DNA from: Podarcis liolepis
Lineage: Eukaryota
Assembly (NCBI GenBank): GCA_965112155.1
Contig: OZ218101.1
Direction: 5' to 3' (one strand)
Length of the DNA: 64,000 nt
A program made the position numbers and the translations under genes. How positions within the stretch are numbered: position 1 is the first letter of the stretch; every line of letters starts with the position of its first letter. Shown in pieces: positions 37,136-49,043 of the stretch. The notes beneath the pieces were generated by a model. That model was not told the DNA's origin, searched no databases, and saw nothing but the letters and a program-made list of their open reading frames with translations.

Positions 37136-38974
37136 CTGTAGAAGGAAATAAAAACCATGACACTATAGTTTAGGACATTATATGATTAAAAGTAGTAGGT
37201 CAAACGTTTATAATACATTTAAAATATTAATGCAGGAAATGAATGTGATGCCTTTACAGCAGTGGCTTCCCACCTTTCTCCCCATGGACCACTCGGAAAT
37301 TGCACAACAGAAAAACATGCAGTACTCTGGCTATGCCAGAAATAGCCCTATTGTGAGCAGAAGAGGTTCTCTGCTCACAGAAAGATGCCCTTGTATCCAA
37401 GCCTGTGGGTGAATTGCATAGCTAGTTAATTCTATGTTTCTAAAATCTATTTGCGTGGCAGAATGGGAAAATAAAATATCATGTTGAACATACAAACAAA
37501 CAACTTATCTGGCTAAATTTAAATTCACTGTTTAAATTTACTTTCCCCAACAATGTGCAAAAGCTAATACATATAATTTATACATATAGCTGTGAAGTTC
37601 TAATATATTGCCTACACCACTGAAGTGTGATGGCAGGAACAGTAGTCCTTTCTCATAAGACTGCGGGAAAGCAAAGTCTCTCGCAAACATTTCCCACAGA
37701 AGATAAGAAAACATCCAGAACCGCTGTGAGGCAGCAAGTTAAAAAACAGAATATTTAAAGTAAGGAGTATTACAATTTTAAAAGTAAATATACCCTCTTA
37801 TTGCATAGGAATGATTTCATAATTTATAAAATCCTCCAAGCTTGTGTTAGACACAAATTCATTTTGGGGTAAACTCCAACACAGTGCAAGAGGGCATCTG
37901 CTCATGCAACAAGACTCTCTTTCCTTTCTTCCTGCCACAGCCCCAAAGATCTGCTCCAAGGGTTGGGGGATTCTCCAGAGCAGATTTTGGTGTTCATGGG
38001 GAGGGGAGGGGAGCTGGAGACAGGAAGAAACAATCTAGAATTCCCATCACAGAAGCAGATTTCCATTTTGCAAGTGGATGGACATCACTGGATGTCTCCC
38101 ACTGACTGGCATATTTTATATATTATTGGTACCAAGACATGGTCTGAAGCCAGATATAGGGAGTAACCTTGCCAAAAGTAAGTATATCTAGGTCTAGCCC
38201 AGAGGTTAGGAGCTGGAGCTGAGAGCAGCCCAGGTCATCTTTGATGCTGGAGGAAACCACCTGGAAACCCTGTGTATATTGCCTTGAGTTCGTTTGTGGA
38301 AGAAAGGTTGGATATACATGCATTGAATAAGAATATATAATTATTAATGAACCTGAAGCAAGTTAACTCTCTTGATTAAAAAAAACAGAATTCAACAAAC
38401 TCTACCCCAAAAAATTAAACAGAATAATAATACATATTACCATTGCTGTTTTTTATCTCCTGTGGTTCTGATACTTGAGTCTGACGCTTTTTGAGAACAA
38501 TTACAGTGGAATAGGATTCTGTTGGTCAGACTCTACATCACCAATTAGAGTAAAAAGAACTAGAATGGTCTGAAGTGCCTTTCTGAGGTGAAAAAACGAT
38601 CCTATTATCAATACCACTAAGTTCCTGAAGAGACAGGTACTCAACAACACAAAACCAGCAGTCTTTTCTTTTTCATGAAATAAGCCATTCCAAGGCAAAA
38701 GAGACCATCTATTGAGAGATCATTTTTAACAAAATCCCACTATGTTATTGATCAGAAGTCATAGGAAGATTTCTTTCATCTGACTACAGAATTGTGTCTT
38801 AGTTATTATATAATCAGATTTCATTATAATTTTTAAATATACAGCTCATTCCTTTCTAACAAATGATGTGCATTTCCCCAAAGGTAATGCTATCTTGAAC
38901 TGCTTTGTGTTGCACATTTAAATCCAGATGAAGCATGTTTTTAGCATGTAAATTTCAAAATAAAAAAAGTTTCA

Positions 38975-39032
38975 AAACCGCCCTGAGACCTCCGGGTATA
39001 GGGCAGTATATAAATTCAATTAATCATCATCA

Positions 39033-39061
<29 letters not shown>
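38975..39061 (+). mobile_element. L2 LINE 3' terminal stem-loop with (CAT)n tail
   Basis: AAACCGCCCTGAGACCTCCGGGTATAGGGCAGTATATAAAT followed by a CAT trinucleotide run at 39023..39061. Confidence 0.75.
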
Positions 39062-39063
<2 letters not shown>

Positions 39064-39667
39064 TTCCACCATTTCTAAAATTTCATCTTGAATCAAGATC
39101 ATAAGCCTCTATCCTTGAAAATTATATTACATTGTAATATACTACAAGACTATTTCTGGCCAGAAGTGGTTACAAGTGACAAACCAGCCTTAGCTGGAAA
39201 AGGCACTACATGCCACAAAGGACACCTGGGTTTCTAGTGGCAGTGCTAGATCTAGGAATACCCCCAGCTATGAACCTGCTGTCTTAAAATAGCAATTTCA
39301 TTCAGAATAGGTGGTAAACAAGAAACATCTACCTATAGTACTTTCGTCTTGTCAGCATTCAAGTTGTTTATTGTCCCTCATACCACCCTATGCAAGTGAT
39401 TGGCTGTGAGCTTGTGAGCTCTTCAAAGTACCTTGTCTACGTTGTCAGGCCACAACACTGTAAACCACTTACGAGATTTCTTTGTGTATTCAACTGTACA
39501 TAGATAAAATAAAAAATGGTACTGAACCCATACAACTGGACTAGACAGTGTAGTGCTCAGATTATCCACAGTCCACCTTAGTTTGGTACAAAGAATAGAT
39601 GCAATGCAGCAGAAAATGCAACTTTTGTCTTAAATGAAAGCAACCTCAAAAATACACAGAAAGAATA

Positions 39668-39938
39668 CAGTGGTGCCTCGCAAGACGAAATTAATCCGTT
39701 CCGCGAGTCTCTTCGTCTTGCGGTTTTTTTGTCTTGCGAAGCACGGCTATTAGCGGCTATTAACGGCTTAGCGGCTTTAAGAAAAAGGAAACAAACTCGC
39801 AAGAACTCGCAAGACATTTCGTCTTGCGAAGCAAGCCCATAGGGAAATTCGTCTTGCGAAGCGACTCAAAAAACGCAAAACCCTTTTGTCAAGCGAGTTT
39901 TTCGTCTTGCGAGGCATTCGTCTTGCGGGGCACCAGTG
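39668..39938. mobile_element. Tc1/mariner (Tigger/pogo-like) MITE, family B; young and CpG-rich
   Basis: TIR CAGTGGTGCC/GGCACCAGTG, TA TSD on both sides, about nine internal copies of GTCTTGCG/CGCAAGAC. Confidence 0.9.
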
Positions 39939-40032
39939 TACATGGTTCTTGTAACTACTTATTGCAGAGGCATACAGTAGATCAAAAACCATTTCCAAGT
40001 AAATCATGTAAAGATAGATACTCAAAATATAT

Positions 40033-40456
40033 TGTTACGAGTTTCGGGGTGTTGAGATGTGTGCCAGACCTCTCTAAAACCCGGATCCAGCAAGTGCGGG
40101 TGGGGTCCCCTCCCTCAACATATAAAGTCAGATTTTAGAGTTGAGAGTTAAAAGGAGCAGTGATGTGACCTAGAAGTAAAGCAGCAAACTAGAGAGAAGT
40201 GAGGTATGAGAACAATGTTTGATTTCTGTTTGGATTCAAGGCAGCGGCTATGGGAGAAGTAAGACCCATTTGGAGTGTTGATGCTCTGAATACCACCATT
40301 GCAGGCTCAGGTTATACATATGTGTAAATAAACCATATATCATAAAGACACCACAGTCTTCACTATGCCTCATTCCCAAAGGAAAAACAGACTCTGGGTA
40401 AGCACGTTGAACCCCTGGAATCCTGCACCACTCAGAGATTGGGGTGGCATGCAACA
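40033..40456 (+). mobile_element. Solo LTR (Gypsy-like), 424 bp
   Basis: Termini TGTTAC...GCAACA; TATAAA 40121..40126 and AATAAA 40327..40332 in LTR order; flanks ATATAT/GTATAT consistent with a slightly mutated TSD. Confidence 0.7.
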
Positions 40457-43400
40457 GTATATTTTAAATCTATGCCAATAACTTCCTATAATGGTTCTGT
40501 AGAGTTTTAAATTTGAAAACTATAAAAATGTCACTTAGTAGTCTAAAAATGTTGAAATCACAAATTACTCAGATTCTTTTATCTACTTAGCATTCAGAAT
40601 TAGACTAATAAGTATTCAAAATGAGGTCTTTTTAAAGGGAGCAGGTTAAGTGCAAAAATAGTATGTTTGATTATCAAAATACATTTAAAATTCATGACTT
40701 TTATTATAGAACTTGTAGCTGACAAAAATATAGCCTTTTTTCACGTTCTACAAAATATTGTGTACATTACATTTCTATACTTCCTCTAAACAGTGTCCTG
40801 AAGGATTATGCTAATATTAACCTAAAAATTATGCAGTGTTGTCAACTTGATTCAGCACAATTAGCACCTTGTAAGAAATATACAAAACTTCAAAGTAATA
40901 TTAAAAAATTCTATTTATGTGCATTGAAATATTATGTGCATTGTAATATTTAAGGTCATTCTAACAGATAATCTATGGAAACTTGTTTTTACAGGGTTAT
41001 CTTGCCAAATTAATCTTTTGTTGCAAAAAAATGTTAACCTGTTTCAATTAATCTGATATTTCTTCTTCTTTCAACAATCTGTTTGTATTTAATTTAAACA
41101 TAATCTCTATAGTTGGACTAGAGAGACACAACAAAGTTAGAATTCACTGCGGCTAGGCATTGGTTTAATATTTATCCCCGAAGTGATCATCAGGAGATAA
41201 GAAGAGTTTGATATAGGCTGGTTGAACTATATTTTAATATATTTGGAGGTTTTTTGCATTTAAAAGTTTTATTATTATATTATTTTTATGCTTGAAATTT
41301 TGTTCACCACTTCAAGTAGACTTGACTCAGAATGGTACTTCACATTTAAAGATAGAGAGATACTTATAAAGCAGGAATATGCAGCATAAGCAACATTATG
41401 TAGTATTATCAACAAACCAGACCGCTGGGAAACTAAACCAAACCAGTTATAGCCTGGAACATGGTGTGTATAGCGCAGCTGACTGCTGAATAATACACAG
41501 CTGTGGGGATCCTGAGGAAACTCCATCTCCCTTGGTGGCTGCCCATAAAAAAACAGGGTTATGATGTAAGGTGCCCTCTAAACTGTGAGATTTAGGGTTG
41601 AGCTCTCTGAGTGAGAAACAAGGTGCATGTGTGGGTGAGAGACAGGAGACTGAGAGGTAAGGAGTATCAGAAGAAGGAGGAATTGATATCTGTCTGCATT
41701 TCTTAGTAATTTTATAATGCAATGCTTGCATTTGCGACTCCGTAGTTTTGTAACATATGCTAAAATTGTTAGTTGCTCTAGTTTCCTGCATACCACTTAA
41801 ACATATTTGTACATATTAAATAGTTCAGAGGTAGCCTATATAAATAAATAATGAATACACGAAAGTCACCACAACTACATTTGTCTTACTGGAACAATCA
41901 TTTAACCTGAAGCAAATTTCTTTCTTACGTTGTGCTGGTCTTTCCTTGATGTATTCTTTTTAATAAGCATGCTCATTCTTGCCTATGTAAATCAATGGAA
42001 TGGACTATTCAAAGTTTCTCTTAAGTAAGAATTAGATCATTCACTTCTCAGAGCATTATTTCCCACTGGAACCCTCAGCCACCTGCTAACCCATGGCCAG
42101 GGGCTGTTTGCAGAATTGAGCAACCCTGGCTTGAATTCTGGGTCCACTCCTATCTTCAACATAGGTCACGTACATTTACTCTGTCTCTGATTCTATGGAA
42201 AGAAATGCTTACAGCCTTACAACACCCCAAGCTCTGTTTGTTTGAGTATTATCAATCATTTAGTTCCATAGACTAAGAAACATTAGTTGATTTTATATAA
42301 AATCATGTATGGCACAATTCAAGAGCCGCTGGCCCTGCAGATGCTGTTGGACTACAATTACCCTAGGGAAGCAACTCCATCTGGAAGACCTGTAATTAAG
42401 GCAGAGAGGATGGTGATAAAAGGTAGAGTGCAAGACTTCAGAACAGAGTCAGGTAACAGGGTTTAAAAAGTGGTTTAGCTAGTGGGGAAAGCATGGGCTT
42501 TCTTGCTGTCAGACAATGTTCAGTATGCAGGCTTCCATCCCTACAACATAGGTCATACATTGACAAACGATAAAGCCATAGTGCTAATTCTTGTGTTAGA
42601 GGAAATATAGGTGATGGGTCCATTTCTGCCCACCTGATAGCAGAACAAATTCTGTCTTGCACAATTTGACTTTTCCCCTTGTAGCCCCCTCCCATGTACC
42701 TCAAAATGTGGCCTTGAGGGGCCCCAAAGCATCTGGAATAGATGGCAGGGGCAGTAGATAAGAAATGAAAAGGAAGTGGAGGTCCACTTACAAGGCACTG
42801 CACATGATGTTATTCTCAAACAATACCAACCTTATTCCTCCCCTGAGTACACTTGGATTTACCCGATATAGGGATAATTAGGCTCCAAACTACTCCACTC
42901 AGGCTCACAAATGATTCGTGTTGGTGTTTTGATGTGTGTGTGGGTCAATCACCACTTTCTGCTACTCCCCTTTCCACCCCCCACTACTTCCTCAATGTTT
43001 TTGTTCCTTTTCCAGCCATGCTTGTAACTATTTCTGGTATGCTTCTGAACAGACTGTAGCCTTGTATACAGGTTGTTGTTTTTGATCCTTCAGGTTTGAA
43101 GAAAACCAGAAAACTGTATATGTAAACCACGTTAACAATTATGTACTGGGAATGTAAAATTGCCTGCCTGTTGTTTTGCACACTTCATGGGCAGGGCATT
43201 TTTTAATTTTGAAAGATGATGTGCATGCAGCTATCTGTACACATGCATTGTCAGTACTTAATTGGCACAACAGAATCAACTAATTTTAGAAGGTGGGGGT
43301 AAACACAAAAGGAAACACATAGGGAAAGACCAAAGTTGTTTCTCATATACAAATTCAAATACATGTGGGTGTTGAATACTCTAATTCAAACGGTCAGAAA

Positions 43401-44410
43401 GTGGATTAACACCTAAATAAAGCTCAAATGATAAGCTGTTTACTGCTGTTTTCATTGTTACATCCAAGTCATAGTTGGAGTGATCAGGTCTGAATTAATT
43501 TGTAAACTAAACATAGTTCATACTTTTGCTTTCAATAACCTCAATAGCAACACACCAGATTTCAAATTTCCCAGCAAGCTTTCTTCCCATTTCAGAACAA
43601 TGATAAAGAGATGTGCTTGAAAGCATTTAGTCTGAATGCTAGAATTAAAAGCATCCGTTATCATTTCCCTAGAGAAAATGAAGCGAACACAACTAATTAA
43701 ATACATTATATGGAAGAATGCAACACAGCACAACTCCCTAGTCCTAAACAGGCATAAATGTCATTGGCAATAAACTTTTAAATTTCTCAACTTGTCAAAA
43801 ATTAATTATTAAAAATCCTATAATAAAGCAAGTTCCAAATCATATACTTTACATGAAAATCACATAGACCTAGTTTATGATGGGCTTAATTAATATTTCT
43901 AGGACATAGAGGACAAAAGGTTCATAACTCATGCTGAATTCTGATGTGTGCTATACAGTACTAATATTCATAAGTCACAAATGCACAAAGCCAATATATA
44001 TTTACCTTCTCCATTGTGATAGTAATGTGGTGACAAATGACTGTTATTGTCATTTCCCTTGACTATCAAATGTGCATTTCCACAAAATTTACTCCCTTGG
44101 GATATGAATATTCCAAGCATTAGTACGTAGTAACATTACAGGTAAATATTTACTGTCTTTTGCATTAATTTATAACCACTTCCTTATCCATTGCTTTCAT
44201 TTTGCTACAAAACAAAATCTCTGAAGAATTAACTTTTGTTTCACTGAAAGAAATTTAAGATTTTGAGAGTACCAACTCCTCTGAGAGGTGTATATAGAGC
44301 AAAATGGCTCCAAGAACTCAGTTCTTTCCCTTTTTCATGTGAGCAAGAAATGGTATACATCAAACATTTTGTTCAGTTAGACAGACAGTCATGCACATTT
44401 GTGATATTAT

Positions 44411-45555
44411 TTTTAAATAATTTTTTTTATTTAAAGATTTTCCTCTTTTATAAAAGCACATGCATTGCCTCTTTTTTCAGGTTGTGTTTTCGACACAACA
44501 GTTACATTTGTCATGAGACACTGGTGGTATGTGCAGTATAGGGTTGGGAAGAAAAGAGGGGTGGGGGTGGTAAAGCTTATGTTCTTTGACTTAGTGTATG
44601 CGTGGAGGTTTTGTGTCAGCGTCACTTGGGTAGGTTCTCTTTCTATTCACTTGTTATGTTTCCTTGGTGGTGAGAGAGGTTGGGGTGGTCTAGGGAGGGG
44701 ATGAATGTCTTTGGTTGGCTTCAGTGGGATTTGTTTGTGTGGGAGCATTGTTGGGTTAAGTTAGCCATATTGAATCATATGCTGTCGGCTGGTTTGTGTT
44801 GTTGTCTTGTTGGTCTGTGTATGTGATAAAGGGGAGTTATACTGGACTGAAGGCGTTCTCTTCTATTTCTCCCTGTGTCAGTTTCAGTCTCTTGGTTAGC
44901 TTTTCTAGTAAGGTTGTTTCCCATGCCATGTTTATTCCTATCAGGTCCCTCCAGTGTCTGGCTATGATGTCTCTGGCTGCTGGGAGTAGATGGGTTGTGA
45001 GCTTTTTATTGTGTGAGTGGGCATTGTTATCTTGGAAGATGTTCAGTAGAGCCAGTTCTGGGGTGACTTCTAGTAGCTGTTTAGTTATTTTGCTTATTTC
45101 TTGTATGACTGTTGTCCAGAAGAGTTGGGTTTGGGGGCATTCCCACCACATGTGGGGGTATGTGACAGTGGAAGGGCAGCCTCTCCAGCATTTTGGTGAG
45201 ATTCCTGGGCTTATCGGCACCAGTTTCCATGGTGTTAGGTACCATCTGTAAGTGAGTTTGTTTATTGTGGATACCATTCTCTTGCCATGTCCCGCTGTTG
45301 TTAGGAGAAGGTTTTCAAAGGTGGTCAAGGGCCTAGTGGCTGTTGATGTTATTACTGGATTGTTTAAGAGGGCGTGTAGTTGGTGGTGTGTTAGCCAGGG
45401 TATTTGGGTGTTCCCTAGTTTGCTTTATTTCTTGTGTCGATATGGGTTTATTATTTTTGTAGAAGTCTGCTAGATGATATAGGCCTTTGGCTTGCCAGGT
45501 TTTTATCTGGATATTTTGTGCTGCGTGGTGGAATAGTGTGTGGTGAGCCAGGGGG
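44411..45555 (-). mobile_element. L1-clade LINE, 5'-truncated (ORF2 C-terminal cysteine-rich region, 3' UTR, A-rich tail)
   Basis: ORF 44837..45328 contains RWYLTP...CWRGCPSTVTYPHMWWECP...FW, the L1 ORF2 CCHC motif. A-rich tail with AATAAA (44426..44431, minus). 15-bp TSD CATTTGTGATATTAT (44396..44410) / CATTCGTGATATTAT (45556..45570). Confidence 0.92.
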
Positions 45556-48134
45556 CATTCGTGATATTATAAAAAGTACGTAGTTGATTAAAGTATGAAT
45601 CACCTAGAATTCATCCTACTCTATCTAGCTGACATGAACTCTGATAATTTGTGACACAAATATTGGGTCAGTGGAAATGGCATCATTTACATTAGGTTAG
45701 GTAATATAAACACGTGATATTATCACTTTAACATACACATTATATAGAAGTATCTAATCCCCCATGTAGGCTTATTTTCAGTTCTGCTCCTTTTTTGTTA
45801 TCAGTCTAGTTAGATTGTTAAATGGTTGCCAGATATGTGATCATGATTAGGGACAGCACTCAATTGATTCTATGGAAGTATATATAACAGAGCACTAATT
45901 AGAGCATTCATCTGACTGCTTTAATGCCTGTATGCTAAAAACAAGGGCCTTGAAAAGGGAGTTTCTTGATTAGATCCTTAGATTATGTCTTAGTAGTTGC
46001 TAATGTATCAATAATTCACATATGCTTTTTCAGCTATCCTGAGCACTTTTCAGTTGAATTGAATTGTATTCCTAACATTGGATTATTAAATGAAGGCAAA
46101 CTGGATCATGCTAAATATATGGTAACATTATCCACCTACACATGAGTAACATCAACATTAGACAAAAAGCTGGTGCATCATTAAGTTTTTATCCATTTCC
46201 CCACTATGAATCTGAGAACTGTCCCAAATGCACTTAGCAGTACAACCAATTTTGATTACCAGTGACATATACATATTTAAGATTATGTGCAACATAGATA
46301 TCCATCTGAGTCCACAAGTAATTTACTACATACAATCTGGTAGTTCTAAAATAAGTGCTGTTAAGTTAATGCCATTAGTTTGCACTAGCAATAACAGAGC
46401 TATGTAAAATTTACCAAACCAAGTAAAGTTTTTTGTTGTACAGCAACTTCAAAGTTATGTGTCTGCTCCTTCCTGAATTGGACAATTTTCAGTGAGTATA
46501 TCAAGCACTATGCTTTCTAGCTTCTCCAAAGATAAAAAAGAGCCAGAGAAGCCCTTGGACCTTCTCTGTAGAATTATAAAGCATGCTTTATATCTTTAAA
46601 AACCTTTAAAAGTATATGGATCTTTTAGGATTTTGCCTAATAAATGCAAACAAACGTTCGACAGAATGTACAGAGTGGACTTGCTGGTTTATTTGTGTCG
46701 AAGTACTAATTGTTAGCAATACTAATCATTACTTTGTTTCTGCTTTAGTTGTTCCAGAAATGAGGTTTTACTGAGAAAACGTCACAAATCAGCAATAGAA
46801 CAGTGGGCTGGTGAAGAGTTTTCAGAGGCGGGGTTGTGGAGTGAGTGGCTGTGCAAGGTGACCTCAGCTTCAAAGGAGGCAGAGAAAATAGAGAGATTGT
46901 TGTTTGAAAAACAGTCAAAGAGAATAAAGAGCCAAAGAGGGAGTGAAATTTACCTATCATTCCTTTAAGCTATGTTGAAAAATCATAGATCCAGTGGTGT
47001 ATTAACGGACACCCAGCTGGAAGCTCAGAAAACAGTACTCACAAATGGGGGGGGGGGCAAGGAGATGCTCAGGAATATGGAGCAAGCCTCCATTAAAGGC
47101 TGGCAGGAAGAAGAGAATTGAATGGCAGCCAAGCACAAAATCATGAGAAAGGAAAGACAGACTCAGGGAAATTCTGGTAGGCCAAGACAGTTATAGACTT
47201 GGCTGACACTTGAGCAGCAGAGTGGTCCTAGATAGAAGGTCAGTTTTGAGGTGGCTGTGTACAATGTACTTTCTTAGAAAAGTCCCTTACAATCTCAGGG
47301 TTCCCTATGGCCAATCAATGTGGTAGTAATAGTGTGGTTTTTATTAGATTAAATAGGAGGAATGTTTGGCATTAACAATCACAGTGCCACCCACATTAGC
47401 TGACTAGTAGATGAGGCTCCTCTTTTGTCCATGCAAATTTAGCCATGGCAACAGAACTTTGCTTTCCAGCAACAGTCATGTGTGAAGTAGCCCATAGAAT
47501 TCTTACACCCATAACGTTCTTAACAGTACAATACTGTACAGCAGAGCTTTCCAAGTTGTGTGTCGGCTGCAGTGTGTACGTGTGTCGCACAAATGCTTCC
47601 CACGCTCCTCCCAGGGCTGGAAAGGAGTTAGTTTAACCTGTGGTTTGCTAGTAAAACTGAATTACTGTGCTGCAAAAATGATGCCTGTCTAAAAAATATG
47701 TCACCAACATGAAAAGTTTAGAAAGCTCTGCCATACAGTATGTATGTGACTGCTCAGAAGCAAGCCCCAGAGTTTAACTGGATTTACTCCAGATAAGAAT
47801 GAATCGGGTTGCAGCCTAAACCCTACACATTATAAGCATGATCCAATCAAACATTCTATCAGTGAAACTGTGAAGTATGTACCATTGAAATAATGGGACT
47901 TTAAAATGCTTAACTGGTTGGATCACACTCTTCTTTTTTGGACATTTCTGCAGTAAACACAGAGGACCATTATGGGAAGCATCATGTGTGCTTTCATTTA
48001 TGTAATACTCATTTATATAATACTCATTTTTTTAAATAAAAAAGGCAATGAAAATAATATGAACCATGCAGTTTCACAAGTCATAATTTTTGTTTTAATT
48101 CTTGAGGGTTAAGCCATGCCAGTTTCTCGCAAGA

Positions 48135-48217
48135 ATAAAACATCCTGCGGCACCCTAAGTCGAACACATTTATTTTTGTATAACCTTTCATGGGGCAGAG
48201 TACACTTCATCAGATGG
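48135..48217 (-). mobile_element. Decayed Penelope-like element terminal fragment with degenerate hammerhead motif
   Basis: Minus strand CATCTGATGAAGTG...CATGAAAGGTTATAC...AATAAA...TTAGGGTGCC parallels the element at 58119..58246. Confidence 0.65.
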
Positions 48218-48879
48218 TTAAAAAACAAAAACAAAATAGATATTCTTTCACAAAATCCGTTTGACTGCAATCATTTTTGTGTTTAAAGAACATCATGGGC
48301 CTGAAGATTATCAGTTGCCATGACAATAGTGTAAGCATCGGAGAACAAATAATGACCTGCCATCAAGAGATCAGAATCTGGGGAACGATACTAAGATCAC
48401 TTTCATATCAGAATTTATGTGATTATTAGAAGCTTAAAAGAGTAGCCTGCATTTTCTCTATTGCTTTTCTGCTCCCTAGCCAAGTCTGCATACTCAACAG
48501 CTGCAAAAGGCAAGCCAGCAGTGTTAAGTACTTAAAACCCAATTTTAACAGGAAATAAAAAAATAATAATATTGAAATACCCACCATATTTTTTATGCTG
48601 GTTACAGCTTTAACATTTTTTCACATCCATTTCTGCTCACTGCATACACTATTTATCTGAAGATTAGGGATAGCTGTATTTGGAGGTAGAAAGTTCCACT
48701 TTCTTAATTTCCACTATCTTGGGAAAAGGTGACTGCAGTTGAAGAATTACTTAAAATATACTGGCTCAGTATATGTGCAGGCGGTTCTATATCAAGAAAA
48801 TTATTGAGAACAATGCACTATTATTCTATAGCTTGAGAATAATCATAAGTCTAAGAATCTTCAGGGAACAATGATCTGT

Positions 48880-49043
48880 GTAATGCCCTCTCATCAGATG
48901 TCAAACAGATAAACAACTTTCTGAAGACATCTGTATCAGGAAGTTTTTAATGTTTGATGTCTCACTGTGTTTTTATATTATGTTGGAAGTTGCCCAGAGT
49001 CGCTGGGGCAACGCAGTTGGATGGGCAGGGTATAAGTAATAAA
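48880..49043 (+). mobile_element. L2 LINE 3' fragment
   Basis: Ends GGAAGTTGCCCAGAGTCGCTGGGGCAACGCAGTTGGATGGGCAGGGTATAAGTAATAAA, a typical squamate L2 3' stem-loop. Confidence 0.7.

Noticed and set aside
36880-37158. 92-aa ORF as a stand-alone gene
   Set aside because: It is DMD exon 44 plus read-through into flanking intron; splice sites delimit the real coding part.
39690-39930. Regularly recurring GTCTTGCG motif resembling a CRISPR-like array
   Set aside because: Eukaryotic context; motifs are short, in both orientations, irregularly spaced and inside a TA-flanked MITE.
44796-45473. Plus-strand 151-aa and 73-aa ORFs
   Set aside because: Antisense shadows of the L1 ORF2 fragment.
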